From Octopus vulgaris (lineage: Eukaryota), in contig OX597826.1 of NCBI GenBank assembly GCA_951406725.2, positions 82,956,001 to 83,020,000 of the forward strand: DNA of 64,000 nucleotides. The letters are read 5' to 3'. Numbering within the stretch: the first letter of the stretch is position 1; the number at the start of each line of letters is the position of its first letter. The notes beneath the pieces are model-generated. The model was given only the letters and a program-made list of their open reading frames with translations, was not told the DNA's origin and ran no database searches. The translations under genes were made by a program, and so were the position numbers. Positions 43,078 to 56,647 of the stretch are shown in pieces.

Positions 43078-43299
43078 TATGATGGGACGCTGAAAAGCTC
43101 CTGGCTTTAAGGGTATTGTGAAAAGTCCAGTTGGTGGCCAGACCTTCCGAGTTCTTTTACAGATCTTAGAAAAACTGAAAGACCGCTGCATTAAGTGTGT
43201 GAATATGTATTGGGAGTGTGTTGAATAAAATCATAATTAACTGATCCTCCTGTATTTTCTTTTACCCAAAGCCAGAAACTTCTCAGCACCCACCTTGTC
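43078..43299. mobile_element. Short non-autonomous mariner derivative
   Basis: Imperfect TIRs GCTGAAAAGCTCCTGGCTTT / AAAGCCAGAAACTTCTCAGC; interior resembles a mariner 3' end (LEKLKDRCIKCVN...CVE*). Confidence 0.7.
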
Positions 43300-44359
43300 T
43301 CTCTCTATATATATATGTTCCTACACACGCATTGCAATGTAAACTGCGGCTGCATGGCTTCCTTGAGAACCGTGAATATTCTTGTTTCTACGGCCCTTCT
43401 TCTGGGACATCACAAGCGAGAAAACTGCATAGCTGTTATCAGTGCGTATCATGCCTCAAACACCGCAACCAAAGTTCTACTATCTGCTCGTGGCACCAGT
43501 AAAGCTTCACATAGGGTGGAAAAACAGATGAAATGGGGGTGTAAGATGTACCTAAATATAATTTTTTATTGTAAGCCTCATTGGGTTGCCATGAGTGTCA
43601 GGTTCACTATATCATAAGCCGTTGAAGCAGAAACGAGAAAAATAAAGATGACCTGTGATCACAAGCAAAACAGCTCTGAAAAAAAAATACTTAGCTTCAA
43701 GTAGGTTTACACACACATGTAAGACACACAGTCATGCAAGTAGACATATGCAAGATAATGGATGGCCATAACCTTCTCAACATTTGACAGGTTTTGTCCT
43801 CATTCAGCCAAGTCTCCGATATTGATTCTCCCCGTCAAAAGGGTCAAGTATCTTCTATATGTGCGCATGTGTTCTCTGTGTGTGTATGTGAGAAAGTTGT
43901 GTGTATATGTGTGTATTTTTGTGTGTGTGAGTGTGTCTGTGCCTGTGTCTGTGTGTGTATGTGTGTGCGTATGTCTGAGAAAGAGAGAGAGAGAGAGAGA
44001 GAGATCCTAAAGATTAACAAAAATAATAACGAAGTCTCCAATGTCATCAATGACGTGAAATTTGTTTCAATCCTGGGTGTAATCCTATTGAAAAAAACAA
44101 AGTGTCTTGTTATAACGAAATTACTTACATCGAATAATTCCGAACGTCTAAAACTACGTAACACCTAGCAACCAAATTTTTTCACTACAACAAAATAAAT
44201 TAAGTTTTAATATTTTTGAGACAACAGTCGTGTAAGGTCAGACGGACAGATAATATAGAATATCGTTTGGAGTTGGGCCAAATCGAGGGTTCCCCTTAAT
44301 AGAGAGTGAAACGATATATTAATATGCAAAGAGCGAGACGAGAAGGAAAAATGGAAAGT

Positions 44360-44505
44360 TGTCCGCCTCTGTTCTTCGCCATTTGTTGTTCGCCATTTTA
44401 TATTTTATAGTCCGAAAAAGAAATTTCAAAAAAGTCAAAACAAAACAGTTCGATTCACCTTGTTCGCTGCGCATGCGCTAAAATATGCAAATTTCATTGG
44501 TCAGG
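44360..44505 (-). promoter_or_regulatory. Candidate housekeeping-type Pol II promoter
   Basis: Two YY1-type CGCCATTT motifs (44377, 44391), NRF1 palindrome TGCGCATGCGC (44468), octamer ATGCAAAT (44485) and CCAAT (ATTGG 44496) within ~125 bp; minus-strand donor GTAAGT at 44128. Confidence 0.55.
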
Positions 44506-44810
44506 TCAGCAAGGAAACAAATTATTAATTCATAGGGACATTAATAGACTTGAAAGCATTCCAACCGTGACCAACCATTCTTTTATATTGAGATGTTTTC
44601 ACATTAGTAAACAGACAGTTGTATGTGTGTATTCGGTGTGTGTGTGTGCGTGTGCGTGTGCGTGTATCTGTGTGTGTGTGCACTCACGTCATATACATAC
44701 AGATATTTATATATGCATGTATGCATACACATATATATAAATATATATCTCATACATACATACATACATATTTTCAAATATGAATTAGAAGCAAGGCGTG
44801 TGTTGTTAAC

Positions 44811-45255
44811 ATTATCCAACACACGCACACAACGTATATGCTCTGCTTGTTCGCCGGTCGGCTGCGATTTGACGCGGTAGAGATGACTCTCACAAAGCGC
44901 CGGGTTTTAAAACAGCTGAAAGTCACAGTCATGGACAGGTTAGACGACTAACTCCAAGTCCCATTTAGGAGGGATGGGCATCGATGTTTCTCCATTTTTG
45001 TGATTTAACAACATCGCGTACATGAACCGAAGCAGAGACAAATTGCATGTGCCTCTCTATGACTATATTAAAAATGGTTTAACAGCTGTGATGCCCGAAC
45101 GATGTAGACGGGAGCGGAGTTGTTTGGCTGTCTATAAATATGAATTTTAGGTGTTTTAACGCGCGGTACTTCGAGAGAGTCATCTCCGCCGCGTCAAATC
45201 GCAGCCGACTGACGAACAAACAAAACACATAGATTGTGTACGTGTGTTGGATAAT
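44811..45255. mobile_element. MITE with ~80-bp imperfect terminal inverted repeats
   Basis: ATTATCCAACACACG..GTCGGCTGCGATTTGACGCGG.AGAGATGACTCTC and its reverse complement at ~45175-45255. Confidence 0.8.
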
Positions 45256-45276
45256 ACATACATTCGTATGTGTGTA

Positions 45277-45316
<40 letters not shown>

Positions 45317-45858
45317 CATTATCCAACACACCTATACGCACACACAACACGTACACGCACTGACACATACACACATATAAATCTTTTATCTTTTACTTGT
45401 TTCAATCATTAGACTGTGACCATACTGGGGCGCCACCTTGAAGAATTTTTTGGTCGAATCGACGACCCCAGGACTTATTGTATCGTTAAGCCTGGTACTT
45501 ATTCTATCGGTCTCTTAGGTCGAACAGCTAAGTTAAGCACACCAACACTGGTTGTCAAACGGTGGTGGCGGGGAGAAACATAGGCATGAAGACACACACA
45601 AAAGAACACACGCGCACACACATGCACACACACACACACGCACGCACACACACACTCACTCACACACACACACACACATACACACACACACACACATATA
45701 TATGTATATATGTATATATGTATATATATATACGACGCGCTTCTTTCCGTTTCCGTCTATCAAATTAACTCACAAGTATTTGGTCGGCACGAGTAGCATT
45801 AATAGCATTTACAGTAGCAGGAGCAATAGCAGCAGGAGTAGTAGTTGTTGTTGTTGTT

Positions 45859-45921
<63 letters not shown>

Positions 45922-46882
45922 ACGTTGCTCTTACTACGAGACTTGCCCCACAAGACAACCTGGTAGAACAAGCTTAGAATCAATAAAAATAAAATAGAAT
46001 AACATAAAATAAAATTTTAACAAAACCCAATCCAACCATCATTGAAGAGATTTCTATTACTGCCCAAGACATCGTTACTTCTTTTAAGAAGGCAGCTTAC
46101 GATTCGAAAGAAGACTGACTGCGATCTATCGCAGGTCAAGCCACCACGAAAAGACTTCACCTGTTGGATTGCAGGCGTTATTAATCATGGACGACGTTGG
46201 CGTAGAATAAATTGTGCGGCTTAATAAGAATGGCACCGACATTTCATTCTTCTTCTATTCCAAGCTTTAAACCTTTTATTAATGCGAACCCTGTATTCGA
46301 CGATGGACATACACTTCTATTATAAATTGACTTCCTCCTAAATTCAAATACCTAATAATTGGCTATGCCTTTCATCTTTGCTGTATAGACGCTTGCGGTA
46401 TTGGGGAAGAGGGGTAATTGATGAAATCAATTACACTCATCACCTATCTAATTTGGCGCTGTGCCTGCGGAAAAGCAATCAATAATTTAATGAGATGAAG
46501 GTATGGATTGCAAGAATCGTTAGTATCTGATAAAAGACCCTGTGGTATTTCCTCCAGCGTTTCAAGTTTCGAAGTTCGAATTCCGCTGAGTTCAGCTCCA
46601 CCGTTCATCGTCCAGGGATCGATAAAATAGGTGCAAATCAATTGCTGTGGCCGACGTAGTCACTTGATCTTTCTCTCTTCCTACATTATAAATAATTATC
46701 ATCTGCGTTTGCTGTTTGTTGAACGTATTTCGCTTTTTTTATGGATATTACTGAGGTTTAGTTAATCTAAAGAAGTCTTTCATTATCATTATCAATATTA
46801 TTATTATTTGATGAAATCTCTCAGGATTTTTTGCTGGGTATGATGAAAAATGTCAGCAGACTAGGCTATTATTATTATTATT

Positions 46883-46932
<50 letters not shown>

Positions 46933-46940
46933 TATCATTG

Positions 46941-47370
46941 GGCAGGCAAGGCAGTTTACCTTTGCCTGGTGGCTGTGGCGAAAGAGTTTGTTTGGTGGAC
47001 AACGCTGAAAGGCCTGAGGACAGATACATTCCTCTCCGGTAGAGCCCTCATTGACTTCTTCAAGTGAAACTTGAAAAGGAAACTGAAGATGGGGAAGGAA
47101 GTGCTGTCCTTGGGTGAGTTTATTGAAAGATGGGTGAAAGTTGCGAAAATGGCAAAAGTGGATGGTGTAGACATGTGAGTCCGAGAGAAGGAATTGGAGA
47201 GGGCACTTGCACCTAGGGTTTCAGAGAATTCTCGGACAGTGGGGTTTCTCAATTATCCCGAAAGGCGTTCCTGTATCAGGAGGGCCACATCGCTATCATC
47301 TTCCCCACCATTTTTCTCACCTTTGTATGCTATGCATATGTCCTTTCTTTTTCAATTTTCTGTTCCCTTT
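46941..47370 (+). mobile_element. Tx1-like LINE 3' end
   Basis: AVYLCLVAVAKEFVWWT..LIDFFK..FIERWVKVA, homologous to the C-terminal segment at ~7070-7250, followed by a pyrimidine-rich 3' UTR. Confidence 0.65.
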
Positions 47371-47374
47371 TTGA

Positions 47375-49310
47375 TCGTTTCAAGTGCTCCTACAATCACT
47401 GGTACAGTAACCGTCCTGCGATGTCACATTTTTTCGATTTCAATCAGAAAATCTTTATATTTTCTGAGCTTATGAAATTCTTTTGCTGAAATATTATGAT
47501 CACAGGGTATGCTTATGTCAATCGATAAAGAGTTTATTGTTTTGGTCTTTCACAACAATATCTGATTTATTAGCTTTGACGGTCCGCTCTGTACATACAG
47601 GAAAGTCCCAAAGAATCGATATAGTTTCTCCTTCAGTTACAGCCTCGGGATGATGCTTATAGTCAGCAATTTTTATTTTATAATGCCGACATATCCAGTG
47701 TAGATATTGGCCAGCTCTGTCATGTCTGAATTTATTCTCTACTGCTGCTAAAACCTTACACCCAGAGATTAGGTGGTCCACTGTTTCAATTTCATCGTTG
47801 CAGTATCGGCACTTTGGGTCTGCTCCATTCTTCGTCCCGTTGGCTTGATAGTTCTGGATCATTAAGCTTTGATCTTGGGCAGCCAAGATAAAGCGTTCGC
47901 TCTCAGCCAATTGTTCAAACGCTTTTTGCTTTACCATTGACTTCACCTTCTCTGCAACAACAGTTGCTGCACTTACATCATGCTGTTCAATCTGGATATT
48001 ATGCATGGACTCGTTAATAGAACTTTTGCGCTCCTTCATGACAGAATGAAGCTTCTTATGTCTCTCGTTGTTTTCAACGAGTTTTTGCATCCAGTCTTTA
48101 GATGTTTCAAAATATTTCGCCTTTCCAATTCTGGTGGTTTTGCATTTTATTGCAAAGCATTAGCTTACAGATTTTCCTGTAAATCTTAATTCGCTCATAT
48201 TCCAGTTCAATACATTGGAACTATAGATAACAACTGGAACTGCTAAAGAATTTATAGCTAACACCTTGCTACGTGCATTTAAGTCGGATTTGGGGACGGT
48301 TCGATCTCTCCTGTAACATTCCGTTCTGATCTTCTCTTACCTGTTTGCATGTTGAATGCCAGATCCCTCATTTATTTCGAGGTATTTCTAAGTTTTTTCC
48401 TGCTCCAGTTGTTTTATGATTGTGTCAACATATAACACCACTGAATGTGAGGTCTTCAATTTCAAAGACCAAATTCCATCCCGATGTCACCACTGACTGC
48501 TTTCGCAGGCAATAAACCTTCAAGCTCATTATCGCCTTTGCCATAGAGTTCTAAGTCATCCATATAAAATAGATGACTTATTCTCTTTCTTGTGGCCAAT
48601 TCTATACCCATACCTTCAGGAAGTTTGAAATCACAGGAGATATTTTGAAGATATCCAGCGATTTCAAGATCCATGAATGCGGTATGCTGTCAAAGACCAT
48701 CTTATAATGAATCCTTGCAGGAACTGAGATTTCTGCGTTTGTTATGACAGTTCTCAAAGACCAAGTGATTGATCAAGAGTTGGTTTTTGCATCTACATGA
48801 ACCTCGTCGGCACACCCTTTGTTTAGTGGCAAAAAATGGTTCTATTCCATAAATTTGTATGATTCCTCCACGAGGATGGATGTTAAAATGTTATACGTGG
48901 CAGATAGACATGTTATGGGCCGATAGTTTTGGAGAAATTTGGTTTCATTATTCTTTGGAAGTAGATGAGTAATTCCTGTTGCTAAACAATCAGGATTTCC
49001 CTTAAGATCTCTCATAATTTCATTGAATAACTGAACTAACTTTTCGCCTGCGCACGGGAACGATGCGAACCAGAAATCTGGCACTCTATCATAACCAGTG
49101 GATTTCTACTTATGAGCCTTTGTGAGTGTCATCCTTAGGTCTGCTTTTGTGATGTCTTCCCATGCCAGTTCTGGTAAATTTTGGTTGGATCCGTCTGTGC
49201 GTCGAATGCAGTCTAAATTTTTATTACATGTCTTCATCACTCCAAACAATTTTCCAAAAGTTTTCAGCTTCTTCCCTGGGAGGTTTCTCTTCTCAAATCT
49301 TCGTATTCTT
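47375..49310 (-). mobile_element. R4/Dong-clade non-LTR retrotransposon relic (RT, CCHC, RLE)
   Basis: NYRPITCLSATYNILTSI; ISHLFYMDDLELY; ILAAQDQSL; CRYCNDEIETVDHLISGC..RHD; ILWDFPV.T..TVKANKSDIVV. Confidence 0.9.
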
Positions 49311-49840
49311 GTCATTATCATTATTATCATTATAATTTTTTTATAATTATTATTATTATTTTGCTTGGAGTTGTTGTTGTTGTTCTTTGGAACCAAAGGA
49401 TTTCTGAAACTGCGGTATCTTTTCCCCATTACTTCTTGGTTAACAATATGCATTTCTTTTTGTGATTTAATTTCTTTCAATTTATATTTTTCTCGCATCT
49501 TTAAGATTCTGATAGTGTTGCAGGAGAGGCAATTGTCAAATTTTAATAGTTAGCATTGATCATACTCCCAAAGAAAAAAAAACTGGCGAAAATATCAATA
49601 TGGAATTTTTAAATTACAACAGAAAAAGCGAAATTAACCGCATTGATAAAGCAAACCTAACAAGTATTCTGACATGAAGAAACAGATTTTGTATTCTAAA
49701 TGTAAACAATATATACGCCTATATATACTTACAATGTGTACTGCAATAATATTAGTTTCACTAGCATTATTAACCAAAGGAAATCTGACTTGTTTCCAGG
49801 GCAGAAAAGACTATGGGTTTTGTATACTAACAGAATACTA

Positions 49841-51132
49841 CGAAGGACGTTCAATAAGTAATGTCTCTGACCCACTTGCTGATGTTTGATCTAGCTGAAG
49901 TTTTGCATGTGCAATCATTGATATCTCTATAGAGTAAGTGGCAAATTACAGCACTGAATTAATTGTGGTTTCTGATTTACAGGTGTTTGAACCGAGTCAA
50001 GTGTTAAATGGAGCCTGTTGAGTGTCGAGCAGTGATCCGGTTTTTGTATTTGAAAGGACGCACACCACGGGAGACTTTTGATGAAATGAAAATAACTTAT
50101 GGTGATGATGCCCCATCATATGACCTTGTAAAACGCTGGCATCGTGAATTCAAATATGGTCGGAACTCTGTGGAAACAGCTCCCAGATCTGGTCGCCATC
50201 CTACTGCCATTGATGAGGCATCTGTCCGTCAAGTTGAGGCTGCCATTTTGGAAGATCGACGCATAACTATTCGCCAAATAGCCCATGAGGTCAAGATTAG
50301 TACCGGGTCTGTGGAGACTATCATTCATGACCATTTGCATATGCAAAAGGTATCTGCCAGATGGATTCCCAGGTTGCTCACATCTTTCCAGAAGCAAGAA
50401 CGCGTCGAGTGCTCGAGGATGAATTTGGAGATGTGCCAAGAAGATTAGTCAAACTTTTTCAAAAGACTGATTACAAAGGATGAGACCTGGGTCCTTCACC
50501 ATGATCCAGAGACCAAAGCCCAGTCAATGCAGTGGAAGCACCATGACTCACCTCCTCCAAAGAAGGCAAGGGTGCAGCCCTCCGCTGGCAAGGTCATGCT
50601 CACAGTCTTCTGGGACCAGGACGGAATAGTGATGACAGATTTCCTGGCAAAGGGTACCACAATTACAGGAGCCTATCATGCTTCACTTTTGAGGAAATTA
50701 AGAGAAGTTATCAAAATCAAGAGGCGGGGCAAGATCAGCAAAGGCATCCTCCTCCTGCAGGACAACGCTCCGGTCCACAACTCGCTTGTCGCCAGATCAG
50801 AAGCACAGACGTATGGCTATGAACTCCTCCCCCATCCCCCTACTTTCCTAACCTTGCACCCTCTGATTTTCACCTCTTCCCAGACATGAAGTTGTTTTTG
50901 AAAAGAAAGCGTTTCCCAGATGATGCAGCCTTGATTTCTGAAGTCGCGTTCAGGTTGGAGGACCAAGCTGGGGTCTTCTATAAAAACGGTCTCCAGAGCT
51001 GCATCAAACAATGGGAGAAATACGTAACTCTGGGTGGTTCCTATGTAGAAAAAGACTAATAACTGTGCCAAGTTTCATTGCTCTACTGCTATGGGAAGTG
51101 GGTCAGGGGCATTACTTATTGAACGCCCCTCG
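49841..51132 (+). mobile_element. Full-length mariner transposon (irritans-like)
   Basis: TA-flanked TIRs CGAAGGACGTTCAATAAGTAATGTCTCTGACCC / GGGTCAGGGGCATTACTTATTGAACGCCCCTCG, length 1292 bp. Confidence 0.95.
50008..51059 (+). pseudogene. mariner DD34D transposase, nearly intact
   Basis: RAVIRFL..; WIPRLL; ITKDETWV; GKVMLTVFWD; LLQDNAPVH; HPP motif. One TAG at 50446 and a frameshift near 50840. Confidence 0.93.
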
Positions 51133-54100
51133 TAACACCTTGCTTCAAGAACTGGCAAGATAAGGACATTGTCATAGTTTTCCTTCGATAAATGGAATTT
51201 CGTCCTTATGCACTTGAAACAACTGGGCGTATGTCCAGTAACGAAAGTGTAGGACATCTCCTCCATCGACGGAGCAAGGACTACGATGGACTGTATGCAT
51301 ATTATTGAAAAAAAAGGATAAAGGAAAAGCAACCGACTGACACACTTGTTCGTTCCTCAATAATTGTGGCCGTGAGACACAAGCGTCACAATAAAAGATG
51401 CTGGAGAGAGTATTGATCTTTAGTACCTCGTCAATTATAGGGTACAGTATGAACTTGTGATAGTCTCAGACATAGTCGTATATATCTAATTGGGTAGGGT
51501 CACCATGAACATACCCCTTGTGAATTCAGAGCCATTTCTTAAAGTTCTACTAAAGCACTGGGGCCGATGATATAAACTAAACACCCTTCCTTCCAAATTG
51601 TTGTCCACGTTCTTGCAACAGAAACTATTCTTATTAAAGAAGTATCATTAAGAATGTTTTGAACCAATACAAAGCAATTGCATCGTTCACAGCTTGACGT
51701 GTTAACATTTTTTTTTTCAAATCTATTCAGACTTTCACAAGAAAATATCATTTTATCTGTGGAACCTTCACAACTGTTTATTGATCATCAATATTTTTAT
51801 TCTTATCCTTCAGATTCTTTGTCTAAAAACTGGTAAAGAATGAGTAGAAGCAAATTGTCGAAAATATGAAGCTCCTGCCGTACTTTTGTATTTCCCTTCG
51901 TTTTTAAAAATAAATCCAAGAACGTAACATCAATAAATCATTCACAGATTTCTCTCGATTCGTTTAGATTAAAGAATCGGCGTATTTTTTAGCGTTATCA
52001 CTTTTTGTGAAACAGACATTTAAGTATCGATTACCCGAGTTAAACTAGTTTTGAATTGGCAAAAAAATATTATTATTATTCAATGTAAGAAATCATTATG
52101 TACCACTACCTACTTGTGATCTTCCTGCATTGAGTTCAAATTCTCCTCATAGATAAATAGGAAAACATATGTAACAAGGTACAACCCGTGGTAATTACTC
52201 TTGTATTAAAATCAGGATGGAACCTTTGTCATAATCAATAGTTTAGAGAAGCACTTACTGTGTTCTCGTGTCACAGCTGGATACATTATTTTGGTGCATG
52301 ACTTATTCGCTGATCACCGGGGGCCAAAATCGTATTGACCAAGAAAGTAAAATTACGGGTAACTAAATGGCAGGAATGAAAACTTATTGAAAACTCTGCC
52401 ACGACACATTTGTCGAATGTCATCGCAACTGTAGGGCACCGCCATCTAGATCAGAATTCAACTCAACAAATATGTAAGCAAATTGTAGAATCAATGTAAT
52501 CGGTTTATTTTACCAATTTCTTCGAGTGCAGCATTGTGAAAAGTAAAGGCAACTCCGATCAAATTGGATTTGAGAGTCGAAAGTGGTATTTAAATGGGTT
52601 TTTTTTCTATCTTTAAATTATTTCAGTCTTTGGATCGTGGCCTTGCTGGAGCATCTCCTTGAAGGGCTTAGTCGAACAAATTTACCCCACTAATAATTTT
52701 TAAAACCTTAGTGCTCATTCTATCGTTCCGTTTAGCAGAACTACAAAATTAGGAGAACGTAAACAAACCAATACTGGATGTCAGGTGGAATTGGGGTTAA
52801 TACAAGTACAAAGACGTGCGCGCGTGCACACACACACAACCACACGAATACACACAAACACACACACACACACACACACACACAAAACACTACTCACGCT
52901 TACTACAACTTCATACCAAGAGCTACTCATAACCAACAGCTACTGAATTGAAACGAAGTAAATCAGTTCAGACTTGTCTATCAGCCACCGATTCCGACAC
53001 CATTTTAGGAAAGGAAAGATCCATTGGACAGTATCTAAGATATACAAAGAAGTGAGATTGGACTATAAAACCAAAAAATGGGTGAAATTATCCTGGCCGT
53101 CAAAAATCCTGCTCATTCTTCCAGCTGCAATATTTCCGTTTAAGGTTGAATGAAATGTTAAGAGGTTTCTTCTTTGTTCCTTCTGAGAATTGTTTTTTTT
53201 TTAATGCTAATGAGTTTCCGTTGGAGTTATGTTTAATTAGTTAACAATTACCTTCACTTCATTACCTCACGTTTGGAAGTTTGGTAGTCTTACTCTATTA
53301 CCGAGATAGCTTGACTAAATAGTTACAGACAGAGTCTAACAAAAGAAGTCCAAATATCAGACATGAAATTAATCTGGTTCACGTTATGGAGATACTTCAT
53401 TACCGTTAATATGGCTTCGTTGAAACTCTGGATGGTTTCTTGCTATACACAGACGCCAGATATACAAATATATTGAAAGGTCTTCTCTGTGGTCAATGTC
53501 TGTCTTGAAATAACATTGGAATGTCCTTCAAATCTTTTCCTAAATTTTTATATGAGAACTGTCCTACATTCTCCTAACAATGTGGTTTGATTTTGTATAG
53601 AAAGCATTACATTCTCGTCGTCGTCGCAATGACGCTTACACTTGCAGCGCATTGAAAATGCCAAAACGAAAGTCTTCCTTTGAAGCGCGAATTCTTCAGT
53701 TGCCCATTCCCCACTTGCCCAACCAGTTCTTGATATTTCCCATTCATTGCGTTCATTGCCTGCCACTTGATCTACGACTCTTCCAGAACTCTGCTTCTTC
53801 GAATATGGCCACAATAGTTGATGTTGTCTTTCCTCTATACGTTGTAACCCCCCATTCACTTGACCGACGGTGCCTGTGGTAGATTATGAATATGCTCAAC
53901 ACGGGCAGACACGGCTGCAACTAACAACAACGGCAAATAAATGTATGCATGTGTCTTTATATACACATATATATATACGTGTGTGAGTGCGTGTGTGTGT
54001 GTGTGTGTCTGTGTCTGTGCGTGTCGGTGTGCGTGTGCGCCGCGCGTATTTTTGTTTGCTATTGACTGCAGCTTATCTCTTGACAAATCTATCCTCCCGT

Positions 54101-55113
54101 TAATGAGGATAGTATCAGAAACTTCGTATTTCCCCGCCATCATTACAAACATTACAAAACGAATTGTGATTGAATCCACAAATATAAAGTTCACTTTGGT
54201 AAGTGGAATGAATGAAATTATTCAAACACTTTTGGAATTTCTATTGATTGCAATTCTTTCTTTAGCTTTTGTTTAGCTTTTCAGCTTTCTTTTTAAAAAG
54301 CAGAGAGCTGGCAGAAGTTTCTGCGCTTCGGGCGAAATACTTAGCAGCATTCCGTCTGATTTAAATTCTGAGTCCAAACTCCGCCGAGGTCGACTGTGCG
54401 TTTCTTGCCTTTGGGGTCGATAAAATAAGTACCAGATGAATGATAAGATCGATTTAATCGACTAAGTCCTCCCACCAAAAGTTTAAACATTCTGCCTAAA
54501 GGAAATAAGAAATCCTGTCCACTAAAAATAAAAACACTGTGTGTATATATATCTGTGTGTGTATACACACACACACACAGACGTATATATATGATAAATG
54601 CTAAAACGAATTACTGTGTCAGTGTGTCACACTTCGACTCCCTCTCCCAGTATTCAATGACACTTCTACTATTCCTCATGTTGGGGTGAGAGTAATTGTA
54701 GGCAGTGAGACGGTGACGGCGGTAGTAGACTCAGGGTTGAGATGGTAATGAGGTGTTAGTAATAGTATGAACTGTAGTTGTGATAGAGGCGGAGACGACA
54801 GTGATGATGGTGGTGGTGATGGTAGCCGTGGCAGTCAGAAATGACGGTGGTAGTAAATGATATAAAAAAAACAGTGGTGATGGTGGTGGAGGGGAAATCA
54901 AAGGTATTGAGGGTGGTGGCGTCAGAAGTCTGAATGGTGTGTGTATAGCAGTTGTGGTGGGGATGATAGTGGTACTGGTGATGGTGATGGTTGAAGACTG
55001 TCAGCAGAAAGAGAGAGAGAAAAAGAGAGGTTAGATAAAAAAAAATCTGTACTGACTCCCTAATGGGCAGACAAAAAATGTTGTTTATCATGCAGTTTTA
55101 CAATAAGCTCAAA

Positions 55114-55166
<53 letters not shown>

Positions 55167-55177
55167 CATACATATAT

Positions 55178-55210
<33 letters not shown>

Positions 55211-55491
55211 TATATAAATAGATGTGTGTATTTTTCCCTTGTTAATAATTAGCACGGAAATATATATATCTATATAATATATAATATATATACATACATA
55301 TACATACATATATCAGCCGGCCGCTGTCACTTTTTTCTGAAAAATAGGGGTAGCTTATCCTGTTCATGCTATGTTATTAGCATTATCCTGCGTTTGAGAA
55401 TTTCAAATTACTTCTTTAACTTTCTAAGATATCTCAACGCTTCTAAACCAAACTTCGTTTGTTAGTTTACGCTCATCGTAATTTGAATGAA

Positions 55492-55533
<42 letters not shown>

Positions 55534-55662
55534 CAATAATGAAGCCAAACCAAATAATAACGTTTTGAAAGCATATAATACGGGCGCTTGAGATTTTGCT
55601 TAAAATACAACAGTTCTTCGGCATTTAAACATTTCAAAATATGAAATACTTCAAATTTTCAA

Positions 55663-55741
55663 GTCTATTAACTGGAGAAGGTATTTCATAATGGGATTTC
55701 CCAGCCCATATTACTCAAGACCTGAAACGTACGAATTAGAT
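55663..55741 (+). ncRNA. Degenerate hammerhead-like motif
   Basis: CTGGAGA (one core substitution)-AGGT..ATGGG..CCCAT..ACCT-GAAAC-GTA; stem I is poor. Confidence 0.4.
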
Positions 55742-55925
55742 ACTTTCAAAATAATATTAGGTTTCAGTGCATTATTACAAATTGATGCAAAGACGAATCA
55801 ACCTGATCTGATTCCATTTACTCTATCAGACATTGTTTAGCTTCAGTCGAATTATCTGGTACCGTGCATTATTTCGAAGCAAGACATGAAATGTTGTACA
55901 CACACACACGCGTGCGCCCGCGTGC

Positions 55926-55999
<74 letters not shown>

Positions 56000-56479
56000 G
56001 TATGTATATATCGTTGCTATTATGCAAAAGTGTCGTAAGTCCAAAACGTTGCTTTTTCAGAAGAAGGAAAAGTAGTTTCCCCATTCCGTTTCTTTTCACA
56101 TTAGCAACGGTTCCAGCTTAACGATAATTCTTTGTTGGGTGTACATAAAATTGTAACTCCATGCATGTACGATATTTCCAGTCAGAAATATTTTTGCAAA
56201 ACTGTCGTATGTGGAACTTACTACACTTTTGAAAAATGCTAAACCGTTGTTCTACACTTTGACAATTTTTCATATCTTGGCTTCTGAAGCAGCTGGAGAT
56301 ACGATAGTTTGACCAAAAGGAGCTGCTACTGCAAGCAATGTTAATATTCAAAGAAAAAAACGCATTTGGCCCAATTTGGACATTCGACAGTTTAACATAA
56401 TAGCCACGATAGGTGATGCAAATAAGTGTCATCCTCCAAGTTTCACCAGTGTTTTTTCTTTTCTTTTTCTTTTCTTCAG

Positions 56480-56647
56480 GTGTTGGCTCTAGAGGCATCA
56501 GGAGTTAACTCCCCCTCAACTTTCAGCTTTATTTCAGAATTCGAGGCAAGTGCATTCGAAGCAACTGGAAACATCCTCAGAAACGTTTTGCGGCTCCGTG
56601 AGAGAATCTCCGATGCCATAATGAGGGTTGAACCGTTAGCATTCTAA
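56480..56647 (+). mobile_element. Possible CRE-type RLE C-terminal fragment
   Basis: LALEASGV..STFSFI...ATG....RLRERISDAIMR resembles A.ET.G.....F.....TG....L.QRLS.AIQRGN. Confidence 0.4.

Noticed and set aside
53400-53900. Possible R2/NeSL-type CCHC fragment (CKRHC..TLLGEC)
   Set aside because: Motif spacing is wrong and there is no supporting RT motif
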